A stretch of DNA of 64,000 bases from assembly GCA_051251855.1 (NCBI GenBank), contig JBPOGI010000001.1:1312001-1376000 (forward strand), written 5' to 3'. The notes under the pieces are model-generated. The model was not told the origin of the DNA and did not search any database. It worked only from the letters and a program-made list of their open reading frames with translations. Source of the DNA: Roseibacillus sp. (GTDB lineage: Bacteria > Verrucomicrobiota > Verrucomicrobiia > Verrucomicrobiales > Akkermansiaceae). Positions 47,967 through 58,527 of this stretch are shown here, piece after piece. Made by a program: the position numbers and the translations under genes. Numbering within the stretch: position 1 is the stretch's first letter; each line of letters opens with the position of its first letter.

Positions 47967-49220
47967 ATGCCTCAGCAGGACAAAAACATTCGCCGCGCCG
48001 CCGTCTCTATTCTTCGAGCTTGGTCCAAGGGCCACGTCTACGCTGAAAACCTCATCGACAAGCATGCTCGCAAGAACAAGCTCTCGACCGCTGATCGTGG
48101 CTTGCTCAATGCCATTATTCTCGCTGTTCTGCGCAATCGGCGACTCCTCGATTTCTACATCGGGCATCTTCGAAAAGGGAAACTCGACCACGAAACCCGC
48201 GATATCCTCCGAGTCGGACTCGCCCAAATTCTGCTCCTCGGCATCCCCGAGCACGCCGCCGTCAACGAGACCGTGAACTGCGGTCGCGCACCCGTGCGCG
48301 GGCTCATCAATGCCGTCCTTCGCCAAGCTATCGAGCGTCGCAAAGGCATGATGTCCAAAGCGGCCTCTCTTCCACCAGCTCAACTATACTCCCACCCCGA
48401 TTGGCTCGCCAAGCGATGGCGCGGACAATTTGGTAAAGACCACACCACCGAGTTGATGCACTGGAACAACTATCCCGCCGACACCACTCTGCGACTCAAC
48501 CCTCTGCGTCCCGACTCCGCCGCACTCGCGACCGACCCACGTCTCGAAGCCATTCCTGAAGTCGACGGATTCTTCATCCTCGACGGAGCCGTTCCCCGCG
48601 ATTGGACCGAAGCAGGCCTCGTCTACATGACCGACCCTGCCACCCGCTTATCGGTCGAACTCCTCGACCCTAAGCCTGGCGAAAAAGTGCTAGACGCTTG
48701 CGCCGCCCCCGGTGGCAAAGCGGCCTTTATCGCGGCCAAGATGAATAACCAAGGCCAAGTCCTTTGCACCGACCTCAACGAACTTCGCCTTCCCCGCCTT
48801 CAGGAAAACCTCACCAACTTAGGCGTCACCATCGCTGAGACCAAAGCCTTCGACTGGACCTCCCCCCCCCCCGAAGAGTGGCTCAAAAGCTTCGACGCCA
48901 TCCTTCTCGACGTCCCCTGTTCTAATACAGGTGTTCTGCGTCGTCGAGTTGACGCTCGATGGCGCCTCACTTCCGAACAAATCGATGAACTTACAGTCAT
49001 CCAGAAAACCATTCTCACCAACGCTACCAAGTGCCTAAAGCCAGACGGACGCCTCGTGTATTCAACCTGCTCCATCGAAACTGATGAGAACCAAGACCTC
49101 ATCTACCCATTTGCAAAAGGCCACAACCTAACCGTCGCCGAAGCCCGTCAATCCTTGCCCCATCGCGACAAGCAGGACGGAGCCTTTGCCGCCCTACTGC
49201 GCTTCCGCGAGGGCGCGTAG
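47967..49220 (+). CDS. rsmB: 16S rRNA m5C967 methyltransferase (NusB-like domain plus RsmB)
   Basis: LDACAAPGGK, ILLDVPCSNTG, LVYSTCSI; N-terminal AAVNETV...GLINAVLR. Confidence 0.92.
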   Translation: MPQQDKNIRRAAVSILRAWSKGHVYAENLIDKHARKNKLSTADRGLLNAIILAVLRNRRLLDFYIGHLRKGKLDHETRDILRVGLAQILLLGIPEHAAVNETVNCGRAPVRGLINAVLRQAIERRKGMMSKAASLPPAQLYSHPDWLAKRWRGQFGKDHTTELMHWNNYPADTTLRLNPLRPDSAALATDPRLEAIPEVDGFFILDGAVPRDWTEAGLVYMTDPATRLSVELLDPKPGEKVLDACAAPGGKAAFIAAKMNNQGQVLCTDLNELRLPRLQENLTNLGVTIAETKAFDWTSPPPEEWLKSFDAILLDVPCSNTGVLRRRVDARWRLTSEQIDELTVIQKTILTNATKCLKPDGRLVYSTCSIETDENQDLIYPFAKGHNLTVAEARQSLPHRDKQDGAFAALLRFREGA

Positions 49221-49263
49221 TCCAACCTTGCCCTCTCCCTCTCAAAAGAGTTAAACTCTCTCC

Positions 49264-49428
49264 ATGAAAACCTTCGTCAACTTCACCCTCGCCATCCTTC
49301 TGCTGATTGCCTTCGTGGGTTCAGGTGCCTTCTTCGTCATAATTTCCAGCGATCTCAAGCTGGAACGTAACGAACCCGCGAACACCATCCCTCCAGCTAC
49401 AGAGGCTGGAGAGGCTCTCGAAGAGTAG
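49264..49428 (+). CDS. Small membrane protein (54 aa, not in ORF track)
   Basis: MKTFVNFTLAILLLIAFVGSGAFFVIISSDLKLERNEPANTIPPATEAGEALEE, one TM/signal segment with host codon usage. Confidence 0.6.
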   Translation: MKTFVNFTLAILLLIAFVGSGAFFVIISSDLKLERNEPANTIPPATEAGEALEE

Positions 49429-49433
49429 TAGTG

Positions 49434-51284
49434 TTAGGCTTGGATCAGCTCATCATCCTCTTCCCTAGACAAGGCTAGCGCGCAGTCAATCAGTGCCAAG
49501 TGACAATACGCCTGAGGAAAATTCCCGAGATGGCGACGAGTCTTGATATCTAGATCTTCTCCAAAGAGACCATGCTCGTTTGATGCCGCGAGCAGGCCTT
49601 CATACATCTCGCGAGCTTCCTCCTTCTTCTTAATCTGCACCAAAGCTTTCACCAACCAGAACGAACAAACGGTGAAGGCACTTTTAGGCTCGCCAAAATC
49701 ATCGTGATTTCGATACCTGAACATAAGCCCATTTTCACAAAGCTCTTCTTGGGACTTCACCACCGTCGATACAAAACGAGGATGGGTCGGCTCGATAAAT
49801 CCATACTCAGCCATCAACAGATTAGAAGCGTCCAGATCATCCTCGCCGTAAGCTTGTACAAAGGCGCCCTTCTCTTCGTCCCAACCCTTTTCATGAATAT
49901 CTTCATGAATCTCTTCCATTGCAGGTCGCTGCATATCGGCCCACTCATTCTTACCAAGAAGCTCCGCAATCTTAATCGCACGATCCATTGCCACCCAACA
50001 CAGCATTTTAGAAAAAACAAAGTGTCTCTTATCTCCACGAATCTCCCAAATTCCCTTATCGGGTGTTTTCCACGTATTCAGAACAATGCGAGATACCGCT
50101 CTTACTCGTGTCCAAATATGGTCTAAGGACTCTGGCGTGCGCTGCCTCTGTAAAAGATCTTGATAGACGACATCAAGCATCACCCCATAAATATCATGTT
50201 GCGACTGGGTGTAGGCCGCGTTGCCAATCCTCACCGGATTCGACCCCTGATAACCCGACAGGTGATCCAGCGTGTGCTCCGTCAAATCACGTTCTCCCCG
50301 AAGACCATACATGATCTGTAAGGAATCATCCTTCGTCGGCATCGTGCGGAGCATCCAGTCGATGAAGCGCGTCGCCATTGCGGGATGCCCAATTTTGTGA
50401 AGAACCGCCACCGTCATCGAAGCATCACGAATCCAACAAAAGCGATAATCCCAATTTCGTTCCTCCCCAATCGTCTCCGGCAACGAAGTGGTCGCTGCCG
50501 CCACCAAAGCACCGGTAGGGCTGAACTGCAGTAATTTGAGAAGGAGCGCACTCCGAATCATTTCGTCCTGATACTGAACCGTCTTGTGTGTCCTCGCCAC
50601 CCAGAGCAACCAATAGGAACGCGTCCGTTGCAACATCAACTCCACCAACTCAGAATCCGGCTCCTGCACCTTATCGTGATAACTTAGTAAAAAATAGCCA
50701 TCCTCCGTAAGCTCAAGAGCTTCCCCGCGCTTCACCCCTTCAGCATCCAAATCAGTCCACAAATAGACCGATTCATACACATCACCCTTCTCGGACTGCC
50801 ACTCTGTCGTCGCTTTCAGTCCACCTTTGTGACTCTCAATCTTGGTGACGTCCTGCGCATACTCTAACTGTGGGTCGAAATTCACCTTCACTCGGGGCTT
50901 TCCGCTCACCACCCGCAAGACGCGCACAATATCAGAGGCCACGTCCCCCCTCGTACCCGCTCGTCCATCCCATGTGTAGCGAGGCATGAAGTCGATCACT
51001 TCAAAGGCTCCTGAGCGGCCTTCAAACCGGGTCACGAAAATATTCGTGTTCCGCTCATAGGCTTGCGAAGCCACCTTCCCGTCCTCCATGGCGATTCCAA
51101 AGCGTCCACCTTTTTCCTCGTCTAACAAAGAGGCAAAAACGGTTCCCGAGTCAAAGTCAGGCAAGCAGGCGAAAACAATACTCCCCAGCGCGTCAACAAG
51201 AGCACAAGTGCGCCCGTTGCCAATCAGAGCCATGTGGTAATCATCGTGGAGGCCGATCTCGTCGGCAGAAGAAACTGAAGTCAT
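49434..51284 (-). CDS. Glycoside hydrolase family 15 (probable trehalase)
   Basis: AAATTSLPE...RNWDYRFCWIRD, PDKGIWEIRG, LGNFPQAY. Downstream of otsAB. Confidence 0.92.
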   Translation of the reverse strand: MTSVSSADEIGLHDDYHMALIGNGRTCALVDALGSIVFACLPDFDSGTVFASLLDEEKGGRFGIAMEDGKVASQAYERNTNIFVTRFEGRSGAFEVIDFMPRYTWDGRAGTRGDVASDIVRVLRVVSGKPRVKVNFDPQLEYAQDVTKIESHKGGLKATTEWQSEKGDVYESVYLWTDLDAEGVKRGEALELTEDGYFLLSYHDKVQEPDSELVELMLQRTRSYWLLWVARTHKTVQYQDEMIRSALLLKLLQFSPTGALVAAATTSLPETIGEERNWDYRFCWIRDASMTVAVLHKIGHPAMATRFIDWMLRTMPTKDDSLQIMYGLRGERDLTEHTLDHLSGYQGSNPVRIGNAAYTQSQHDIYGVMLDVVYQDLLQRQRTPESLDHIWTRVRAVSRIVLNTWKTPDKGIWEIRGDKRHFVFSKMLCWVAMDRAIKIAELLGKNEWADMQRPAMEEIHEDIHEKGWDEEKGAFVQAYGEDDLDASNLLMAEYGFIEPTHPRFVSTVVKSQEELCENGLMFRYRNHDDFGEPKSAFTVCSFWLVKALVQIKKKEEAREMYEGLLAASNEHGLFGEDLDIKTRRHLGNFPQAYCHLALIDCALALSREEDDELIQA

Positions 51285-51293
51285 CGAAATATT

Positions 51294-53492
51294 TTAAAGG
51301 GAAAGTTCACGCTGCAGGCTCTCAAGAAAGACCCGCACACCGCTCGTATCAGTGCGATATCCAGCACGCGTCGATCCAGTGCCCACTTTCACGGTGTAAT
51401 AGTCCGTCCCTTCCGGGGTCAACGCAAACATCGTCTCGTCAGTCTGATCATCGCCAGCCGCAAACGCGACCTTCGTCTTCCACAATCCCATTAGATAGTC
51501 AACAGCAGCTCCCTTGCTTACTTGAAGACTCGACACCTCCACAATTTTTTTCCCGTGGTGCACAGTCACCGGTAAGTTCGCGGCCATCGCCGTCAACTCA
51601 TCTAACAATCCGCGCGCACGCCAAAGACCAAACTCAGGTTCAGCCATACGGTAATGCCAAACTACCGCTGACTGCTTCTCCTCTACATGAGTCCCCGGCG
51701 TTAAAAGCGCTGCTTGCTCCAAGTGCTCTCGGATTTGATGCCTCCACTCCGTATCAACGTGAGGATTGAAGAGCGCCCACTCACCCTCTCCACCATCCAA
51801 CCAGCGGTAGCCATGCTCCCCTACGAGGGTCAGCCCCAAACCTCCCAAATGCTGTTCGAGAAATTCAGGTGGCCTTCCACTCACAATACCAATCTTCATG
51901 CGATCCGCCGCACCCAATGATTTTAGTAAAGGCGGAAGCTCCGCATCTGGTATTGCATCTTCCGGCTTATCGACGAAGTCACGTAACGTGCCATCATAAT
52001 CCAGAAAGAGACCCACCGACTCACCCTGCCGCCAACGATTCGCAATTGTCTTCGCCAAGGGCTCCATTTCAAAGACCGCCACCCGTTGCTCACGCGCAGG
52101 CACCTTTTCCAAATCTTCCACAAAGCTCTGCGCCCAAGGTCCGCTGTGTCGCAGCCGAAGCCGCTTCTGCATCGCCTCGATGCGTGACTTACGTTCCTCA
52201 TCCGGCATCTCTAGTGCATGCGCAATCGCCCCCGCCACCTCATCAGTATTGTGCGGATTGACCTGAATCGCATTCGACAACTCCTCCGCAGCCCCCGCCA
52301 ATTCGCTCAAAATCAAAACTCCCGGGCGCCCCGCAATTTCCTCACGCTGACAGTCCAAAAATTCTTTTGCTACCAAGTTCATACCATCACGCAGTGGCGT
52401 CACCAGACACAACTCCGAGAGAGCATAAAGAGCCGCCAAATCCGCAGGAGGAAAGCCACGATGCAAAAATTGGACTGGAGAATGCCCCACCGAACCAAAC
52501 TCGCCATTAATCGCCCCCACTGCGCGCTGCACCTCCTCAGTGAGCTGATCATACTCTTCCACTCCTTGTCGCGAAGGAACCGAAATCAGTACAAAGACCA
52601 CCTCCTCGCTCATCTCAGGATGATTCTCCAAGAAGCGATGAATCGCCTTAAGCTTTTGTGGCACTCCCTTGGTGTAATCTAATCGCTCCACACTCAACAC
52701 CAGCCGCTTGCCATTCAACTCAGCACGATGAGTCGCCACGATCTCATCGAACCCCTCGCTCTCCATACTCTTCTGGAATCCAAGATGATTGTGCCCAATG
52801 GGCGCCGCCAACAAGCGGACCTCCCGCCCTCCATACCAAATCCCATCCATCTCAGACTCCATCCCCAACACCCTCAACAAGGAAGAACGGAAGTGACGGA
52901 GATAGGAATGGGTATGAAAGCCAATTACATCCGCGCCTAATAACCCCCGCAACAACTCCGTACGATGCGGCAAGACTCGAAAGACTTCACTACTACAAAA
53001 CGGAGTATGCAAAAAGAAGCCCACGCGCAGATTTAAGCCCTTACCGCGCAACAGCTCCGGCAGAAGGAACAGATGATAATCGTGAATCCAAACCATATCC
53101 CCTTCTTCCGCGATACTCAAAATGACATCCGCAAACTTCTGATTCACCGCCTTATAAGCTTCCCACCACTCCTGAGAGAAATCGGCTCGTTCCACCATGT
53201 AATGGAGAATAGGCCACAAAGTCGAATTGGCGTAGCCCTCGTAGAATCCATCCAACTCCTGCTGCGAAAGATAGACCGGCCACGTATTCTGCGCATTGAG
53301 CTGCTTCGTAATCGCATCCGTGTCCTCAAAATCCTCTTCCGCCCCTCCCGGCCAACCTACCCAAACTTGCTCATTCTCCAAGTCAGCTCCCTCTAAGGCA
53401 CTCGCCAAGCCTCCCGCCGTTCGCGTCGCAGTGCCATCCGCTGCAATTTTCACAGGAAGCCGGTTCGATACCATAAAGAGTCTTTTTTTCAT
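51294..53492 (-). CDS. otsAB: Bifunctional trehalose-6-phosphate synthase/phosphatase
   Basis: VSNRLP, WIHDYHL, FFLHTPF, ERLDYTKG, RDGMNLVAKE; HAD domain FLDYDGTL and GDDQTDE. Confidence 0.95.
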   Translation of the reverse strand: MKKRLFMVSNRLPVKIAADGTATRTAGGLASALEGADLENEQVWVGWPGGAEEDFEDTDAITKQLNAQNTWPVYLSQQELDGFYEGYANSTLWPILHYMVERADFSQEWWEAYKAVNQKFADVILSIAEEGDMVWIHDYHLFLLPELLRGKGLNLRVGFFLHTPFCSSEVFRVLPHRTELLRGLLGADVIGFHTHSYLRHFRSSLLRVLGMESEMDGIWYGGREVRLLAAPIGHNHLGFQKSMESEGFDEIVATHRAELNGKRLVLSVERLDYTKGVPQKLKAIHRFLENHPEMSEEVVFVLISVPSRQGVEEYDQLTEEVQRAVGAINGEFGSVGHSPVQFLHRGFPPADLAALYALSELCLVTPLRDGMNLVAKEFLDCQREEIAGRPGVLILSELAGAAEELSNAIQVNPHNTDEVAGAIAHALEMPDEERKSRIEAMQKRLRLRHSGPWAQSFVEDLEKVPAREQRVAVFEMEPLAKTIANRWRQGESVGLFLDYDGTLRDFVDKPEDAIPDAELPPLLKSLGAADRMKIGIVSGRPPEFLEQHLGGLGLTLVGEHGYRWLDGGEGEWALFNPHVDTEWRHQIREHLEQAALLTPGTHVEEKQSAVVWHYRMAEPEFGLWRARGLLDELTAMAANLPVTVHHGKKIVEVSSLQVSKGAAVDYLMGLWKTKVAFAAGDDQTDETMFALTPEGTDYYTVKVGTGSTRAGYRTDTSGVRVFLESLQRELSL

Positions 53493-53658
53493 AAATCTTA
53501 AGAGGAAAAACGAGAGTCAAACCGTTTACCTTCACCCCCTAAGCTACCATCCTCAGAATTCTACCCAAGACCCGAAAACTTTTTCCTAAAGAGCTCTCAG
53601 CAGCCCCCCTAAAAAATGGCCATTCCCTTTTGCTCCGACCTTCGCTCTGATAGCACGC

Positions 53659-54420
53659 GTGAACCACTCCGTCTCCTACTGGCCCTTCGCCCAAATCCCG
53701 CTCTCTGAATTCGCTCATAAGCTTCTCAGCTTTGGCTACCAAGGCATTGACCTCCTCCACCCCGCGCAAGCTCTCACTGTCGCTCCATTGGGCATCAAAT
53801 GCCCCGTCACCGCAGCCCCCGAGCATTCCTCTGGCCTCGGTTGTATCGAACGCGCTTTCAATCGCATCGAGCACCACGAAACACTCTATCAAATCTACCA
53901 CGATCTCATCCCTGCAGCTGCTGAGGCGGGAATCCCCCAAGTCATTTGCTTTTCAGGCAATCGCGAGGGTCTCGACGACCTCACCGGACTCGAAAACTGC
54001 GCTCGCGGCCTCGAACCTCTCCTCCCCCTCGCCGAAAAGCACGGCATCACCCTCCTCATGGAATTGCTCAATTCCAAAGTCGATCACCCCGACTACCAGT
54101 GCGACCACACCGCTTGGGGAGCCGCCCTGTGTGAAAGGCTCGCAAACCCACATTTCAAGCTCCTTTACGACATCTACCACATGCAAATCATGGAAGGCGA
54201 CGTCATCCGCACCATCCGCGAGTTTCACCAACACATCGGCCACTATCACACCGGAGGCAACCCGGGTCGCAACGAGATCGACCACACCCAAGAGCTGAAT
54301 TACCCCGCCATTGTCTCAGCCATTCGCCAAACTGGCTTTGAAGGCTACCTCGGCCAAGAATTCATTCCAACGAAGGACCCCTTTGAGTCGCTAGCAAACG
54401 CCATCAAGCTCTGCTCGTAA
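53659..54420 (+). CDS. Hydroxypyruvate isomerase / xylose-isomerase-like TIM barrel
   Basis: LMELLNSKVDHPDYQCD, LLYDIYHMQIMEGD, HYHTGGNPGRNE. Confidence 0.88.
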   Translation: MNHSVSYWPFAQIPLSEFAHKLLSFGYQGIDLLHPAQALTVAPLGIKCPVTAAPEHSSGLGCIERAFNRIEHHETLYQIYHDLIPAAAEAGIPQVICFSGNREGLDDLTGLENCARGLEPLLPLAEKHGITLLMELLNSKVDHPDYQCDHTAWGAALCERLANPHFKLLYDIYHMQIMEGDVIRTIREFHQHIGHYHTGGNPGRNEIDHTQELNYPAIVSAIRQTGFEGYLGQEFIPTKDPFESLANAIKLCS

Positions 54421-54429
54421 AAGCACGAA

Positions 54430-55119
54430 CTATTGCGAAGGACGCCCTGTAGCATCAATCCTATCAACCGTAAGGGAGTGATAGAGGTTCTTTCCCACCT
54501 TCTTGACCCAGGCACAACGATTCGGAATCACTTTTGTGTAATTACCCTTGGCATAGACGGGCTCGCTCTTGCCATTGGCATAGGATTGACGAACTTTGAG
54601 ATTCCACGCTTCCTCCCGAGCGACCCTTTCATTTTTGCTCGGATTGATTTCCAACACAACCCCTTCGTTTCGGCGTGAAAAGCAATCAATCCTTCCCGTT
54701 CTCTTCTCTCTTAAAAATCCATAGTTGAGATTCACCTCGCATCGGATACCGGCACCATCCGTCGCCACGCTCATCTCCCCTCGATCGCCGAACCAACTTC
54801 CATCGCTCGAAAATCTTTCCCAATCTCGGCCGCGCTTAGGACCATCTAGAGGCATACTCTCACCACTGCGAATGAGCACGGAGGGCAAGCTGTAGATGCC
54901 ATTTCCTGATTCCCCTGCCAAACGCCGGTTCAGGAGAGCAGCTTCATCCTCGCGATAAAGACCTTCCCTAATCTTACTTCCTCCGGAGACGACAAACACC
55001 TTTTGCATCACCCTGATTTGATTGTGGACCCGAGTGGCCACTTTGCTCGATTGGGAACAGCTTAACAGAAACAAGGTTGAGGCAAGAGCCTTACAAATAG
55101 AAGGTTTCACACCAAACAT
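54430..55119 (-). CDS. Hypothetical lipoprotein
   Basis: Lipobox-like LFLLSC near the N-terminus. Confidence 0.55.
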   Translation of the reverse strand: MFGVKPSICKALASTLFLLSCSQSSKVATRVHNQIRVMQKVFVVSGGSKIREGLYREDEAALLNRRLAGESGNGIYSLPSVLIRSGESMPLDGPKRGRDWERFSSDGSWFGDRGEMSVATDGAGIRCEVNLNYGFLREKRTGRIDCFSRRNEGVVLEINPSKNERVAREEAWNLKVRQSYANGKSEPVYAKGNYTKVIPNRCAWVKKVGKNLYHSLTVDRIDATGRPSQ

Positions 55120-55216
55120 TCACTGATCAACCTCCAATCAGTCAAGATAGAAACCGAATAGTTGAGGAACCCATACAGCCCTTGCACCAAGGCAAATTTT
55201 CCGATAAAGCCACCTC

Positions 55217-56245
55217 ATGCCAGTCGCAACTCCAGCCCAGTACCGGGACATGCTCGATGCCGCTCAAAAGAACGGTTACGCCTATCCTGCCATCAACATC
55301 ACTTCCATCATCACCGCGAACGCCTCTCTCAAGGCCTTCGCCGATGCTAAGTCTGATGGCATCATCCAAGTTTCCACCGGTGGTGGCCAGTTTGCTTCCG
55401 GACTGAACGTCAACGACGCCGCTTTCGGGGCCATCGTCCTCGCCGAAGCCGTCCACCGCCTCGCGGAGAAATACGATGTCCTTATCGCCCTCCACACCGA
55501 CCACTGTCACCCCGAAAAAGTCGACTCTTTCCTTCGTCCCCTCCTCGACGAATCACGGAAGCGCAAAGAGGCCGGTCTTGGGCCACTCTTCAACTCTCAC
55601 ATGTTCGACGGCTCCGTCGTTGAGCTCGACGAAAACATGAAAATCTCCGCCGAACTTCTCAAGGAATGTGTCGAACTCGACATCATCCTTGAAATCGAAG
55701 CCGGCTGCGTCGGTGGCGAAGAAGACGGACACGACACCTCCGGCCTTCCCATCGAAAAGCTCTACACCAGCCCCGACGACATGATGCAGGTCTACGAAAC
55801 CCTCAACCCCATCGGACGCTTTATGTTCGCAGCCACGTTCGGAAATGTTCACGGCGCCTACAAGCCCGGCTCAGTCAAACTCAAGCCCACCATCCTTCGC
55901 GATGGCCAAAAAGTAGTCACCGACAAATACGGCGCCGAAGCTGAAATGGACCTAGTCTTCCACGGTGGTTCAGGCACCTCTGCCGAAGACCTGCAAGAGA
56001 CCCTCGACTACGGCGTCATTAAGATGAATATCGACACCGACACTCAATACGCCTTCACCCGCCCCATCGTCACCCACATGTGTGAGAACATCGAAGGCGT
56101 TCTTAAGGTCGATGGCGAAGTCGGTAACAAGAAGGTCTATGATCCACGTGGCTACCTCAAAAAGGCCGAAGCCTCTGTCGCAGCTCGCCTCGTGCAGGCT
56201 TGTGACGAGCTCAAGTCTAGCGGACAAACCATCTACTCGGCCTAA
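55217..56245 (+). CDS. fbaA: Class II fructose-bisphosphate aldolase
   Basis: ALHTDHC, FNSHMFDGS, GGEEDG, FGNVHGAYKPG, VFHGGSG, KMNIDTD, KKVYDPR. Confidence 0.96.
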   Translation: MPVATPAQYRDMLDAAQKNGYAYPAINITSIITANASLKAFADAKSDGIIQVSTGGGQFASGLNVNDAAFGAIVLAEAVHRLAEKYDVLIALHTDHCHPEKVDSFLRPLLDESRKRKEAGLGPLFNSHMFDGSVVELDENMKISAELLKECVELDIILEIEAGCVGGEEDGHDTSGLPIEKLYTSPDDMMQVYETLNPIGRFMFAATFGNVHGAYKPGSVKLKPTILRDGQKVVTDKYGAEAEMDLVFHGGSGTSAEDLQETLDYGVIKMNIDTDTQYAFTRPIVTHMCENIEGVLKVDGEVGNKKVYDPRGYLKKAEASVAARLVQACDELKSSGQTIYSA

Positions 56246-56263
56246 AATCCTCTTCCCCTTTTT

Positions 56264-56301
56264 AAAGACCTCCCGAGCAACCTGCTCGCGAGGTCTTTTT
56301 T
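56264..56301 (+). terminator. Intrinsic terminator after fbaA
   Basis: AAAGACCTC-c-CGAGCA...TGCTCG-c-GAGGTCTTTTTT hairpin. Confidence 0.75.
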
Positions 56302-56326
56302 ATGGAACTTCAGGCTCTAGCCTGAA

Positions 56327-57130
56327 TTACCCACCAACTAAAGGCCCCAACTGAATCTCCTGAGCCGAGAGAGACTCACCATCAAAATCCAGCGCGAGCC
56401 CTTTACTCACCTTCATCAAGGATCCAGTATTCCAAACCGTTCGCTCACCCACCACAAATTTTCCGCGTCGATGAAAATGCCCGCAGACGAGAATCTTACT
56501 TTCAGGCGCAAACCGATGCAGAAAACGTTCCCCTTCCTTGAAGAACCCTCCCCAAACTCTCACCACCTCCGTCAGTCTCTCAGGCGGCCACAAGGCAATC
56601 TTGAGATAGTCAACGATGCCATCGGGAGCTTTTCCAGAAGGCCGCAACAGTCGACCCACCTCGCGGGCACATTCCCAACGAGTATCCAAAGAGTCGCTCT
56701 CTCTCTTCTTAAGAAGTTCGTGAACCTCTTCCCGTTTCGCAAAGAGTTCACGACTCCAAGGAGACATGGTGTCGTAAATCATATCACCGTGAGTCACTAG
56801 AATGTGCCCCCCGGCAAGCTTCAACCAACCCTCGCCTGAGACATTGGGGTCGTGATTCCCTGTCAGAGCGACGAACAAAATTCCACGCCTTTCGCAGGCC
56901 TCTTCCAAATCCTTCCAAAGACGATTGGCTGCATTTCGCCAACCTTCGACCAATTCCTCCCGTCCATCACCAACCATTACGAGAGTTCCAACTCCTTCTA
57001 AGAGATGCTCCACCCGTGCAATCGAATTCACCTGCGATCCCGGATGCCCCAGATGCCAATCGGATACCATTCGAACCGGTAGCGGTAGCTCCCGAGTCCC
57101 CGTGGTCAACTCTGACAATGCCGCATTCAA
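56327..57130 (-). CDS. Calcineurin-like metallophosphoesterase
   Basis: SDWHLG, VGD, GNHD, THGD, CGHFH, NTGS. Confidence 0.88.
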   Translation of the reverse strand: MNAALSELTTGTRELPLPVRMVSDWHLGHPGSQVNSIARVEHLLEGVGTLVMVGDGREELVEGWRNAANRLWKDLEEACERRGILFVALTGNHDPNVSGEGWLKLAGGHILVTHGDMIYDTMSPWSRELFAKREEVHELLKKRESDSLDTRWECAREVGRLLRPSGKAPDGIVDYLKIALWPPERLTEVVRVWGGFFKEGERFLHRFAPESKILVCGHFHRRGKFVVGERTVWNTGSLMKVSKGLALDFDGESLSAQEIQLGPLVGG

Positions 57131-57714
57131 GACGAAGTCACTTCCAAGCGCTGTCTCACCGCCTCATAAAGACAGACCCCCGTAGCCACGCTCGCATTCA
57201 AACAAGGCACTTGACCCAACATCGGCAACTTCACTAGAAAATCACACCCCTCTTCCGTCAAACGGCGCAAACCATCCCCTTCCGCCCCGATCACCAGTCC
57301 CAGGCTTCCCTTCAAGTCGGTCTCAAAGAGAGTCTTCTCAGCCTTATCGCTGGTTCCAACCAACCACATTCCAGCCTCTTGCAAAGACTTCATTGCTCGC
57401 GACAAGTTCGTCACTCGCACAAAAGGCACCGAATCGGCCGCACCGACTGAAATCCGGCGCACCGTATCGGTAATCCCTGCCGACTTGTCCTTCGGAACAA
57501 TCACCGCCTGCACTCCAGCGCCATCAGCCGTCCTCAGAATGGCACCCAGGTTGTGAGGATCCTGCACACAGTCCAAAATCAGGAGAAAATTCATCTCCCC
57601 CGACCTGACTTTATCGACAAGGTCTTCCTCTACCAAAGTATTCCCACGCACGGGACCACTGGGCCGGCCACGGACATGTCGATTCTCGCGGGCTTCACCG
57701 GTTCGTTTTCGCAT
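57127..57714 (-). CDS. rlmB: 23S rRNA Gm2251 methyltransferase, TrmH/SpoU family (short N-terminus)
   Basis: [35 protein letters not shown]. Confidence 0.85.
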   Translation of the reverse strand: MRKRTGEARENRHVRGRPSGPVRGNTLVEEDLVDKVRSGEMNFLLILDCVQDPHNLGAILRTADGAGVQAVIVPKDKSAGITDTVRRISVGAADSVPFVRVTNLSRAMKSLQEAGMWLVGTSDKAEKTLFETDLKGSLGLVIGAEGDGLRRLTEEGCDFLVKLPMLGQVPCLNASVATGVCLYEAVRQRLEVTSS

Positions 57715-57751
57715 CGCGGAGAGACTACGAAGTCCCCTCAAAAATGTCCAC

Positions 57752-58465
57752 TTACCAAATCCACACAACCGGACGAACGACTACCTTCACGTCCCCCCCG
57801 TTCTCCTGCTCACTCTCCTCAATGGCCGAGGCCACTCCATCCTCGAACTCAATCACCACCTTCGAAGTCTCCTCTTGAGTCGTATGGGTATATCGACGAT
57901 AGACCGCCCCAGTATAAGTATCCACCACCGGTTCGAAGTGCTTCACCTCCTCGTATTTGGTAAATTCCATCGATCCTCCCATTCCTTCTTTAGTCCGACG
58001 CAAAGTCTGCTTGGTAGGTTTCCCCAATACCCGACAAACCTCGTCACGTGACATTCCAAGCGCAATCTCACCCTCTTCGATGAGCCGCTTCACCTCCATC
58101 TCACGGGTATAGACCGTCTTGAGAAGCTCTTGAATATTTCCTTCTTTCGCAGACAACAGCGACGGCTTAATCCATCCAATCTGCCCCTGCCCTTGGACCT
58201 TACAGGCCCGATTATCGAATCCAATCAGCTTCACCTTTCCCCCTTTGATAACCCCCAGCTTACGCCCTCCATTCTTGGAAGTATAAACCTGCGCGGGCTC
58301 AGTAACCGTCAGCTCAACGCCCTCTTTTTCAGGGACAAGATCAGCCACATACACGACCTCTGGATCCGAATCGATCAGCGAGCGCTTCCCTCCACCACGT
58401 TCCCGCTCCGCTGCTAGGACCATCACCGATCCCAAAAATATCCCAATAAACAGGTGGCTCTTCAT
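57752..58465 (-). CDS. Secreted hypothetical protein (SH3-like plus SmpA/OmlA-like motifs)
   Basis: Signal peptide; [21 protein letters not shown]. Confidence 0.6.
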   Translation of the reverse strand: MKSHLFIGIFLGSVMVLAAERERGGGKRSLIDSDPEVVYVADLVPEKEGVELTVTEPAQVYTSKNGGRKLGVIKGGKVKLIGFDNRACKVQGQGQIGWIKPSLLSAKEGNIQELLKTVYTREMEVKRLIEEGEIALGMSRDEVCRVLGKPTKQTLRRTKEGMGGSMEFTKYEEVKHFEPVVDTYTGAVYRRYTHTTQEETSKVVIEFEDGVASAIEESEQENGGDVKVVVRPVVWIW

Positions 58466-58527
58466 TCCTTATTCTACCCCACTAAGACGGCAGTGAAAGG
58501 GAGAATATTCGCGATAAATGAGGGAAA

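Noticed and set aside
49434..53492. otsAB fusion next to GH15 as a novelty
   Set aside because: This is a well-known trehalose synthesis/turnover arrangement.
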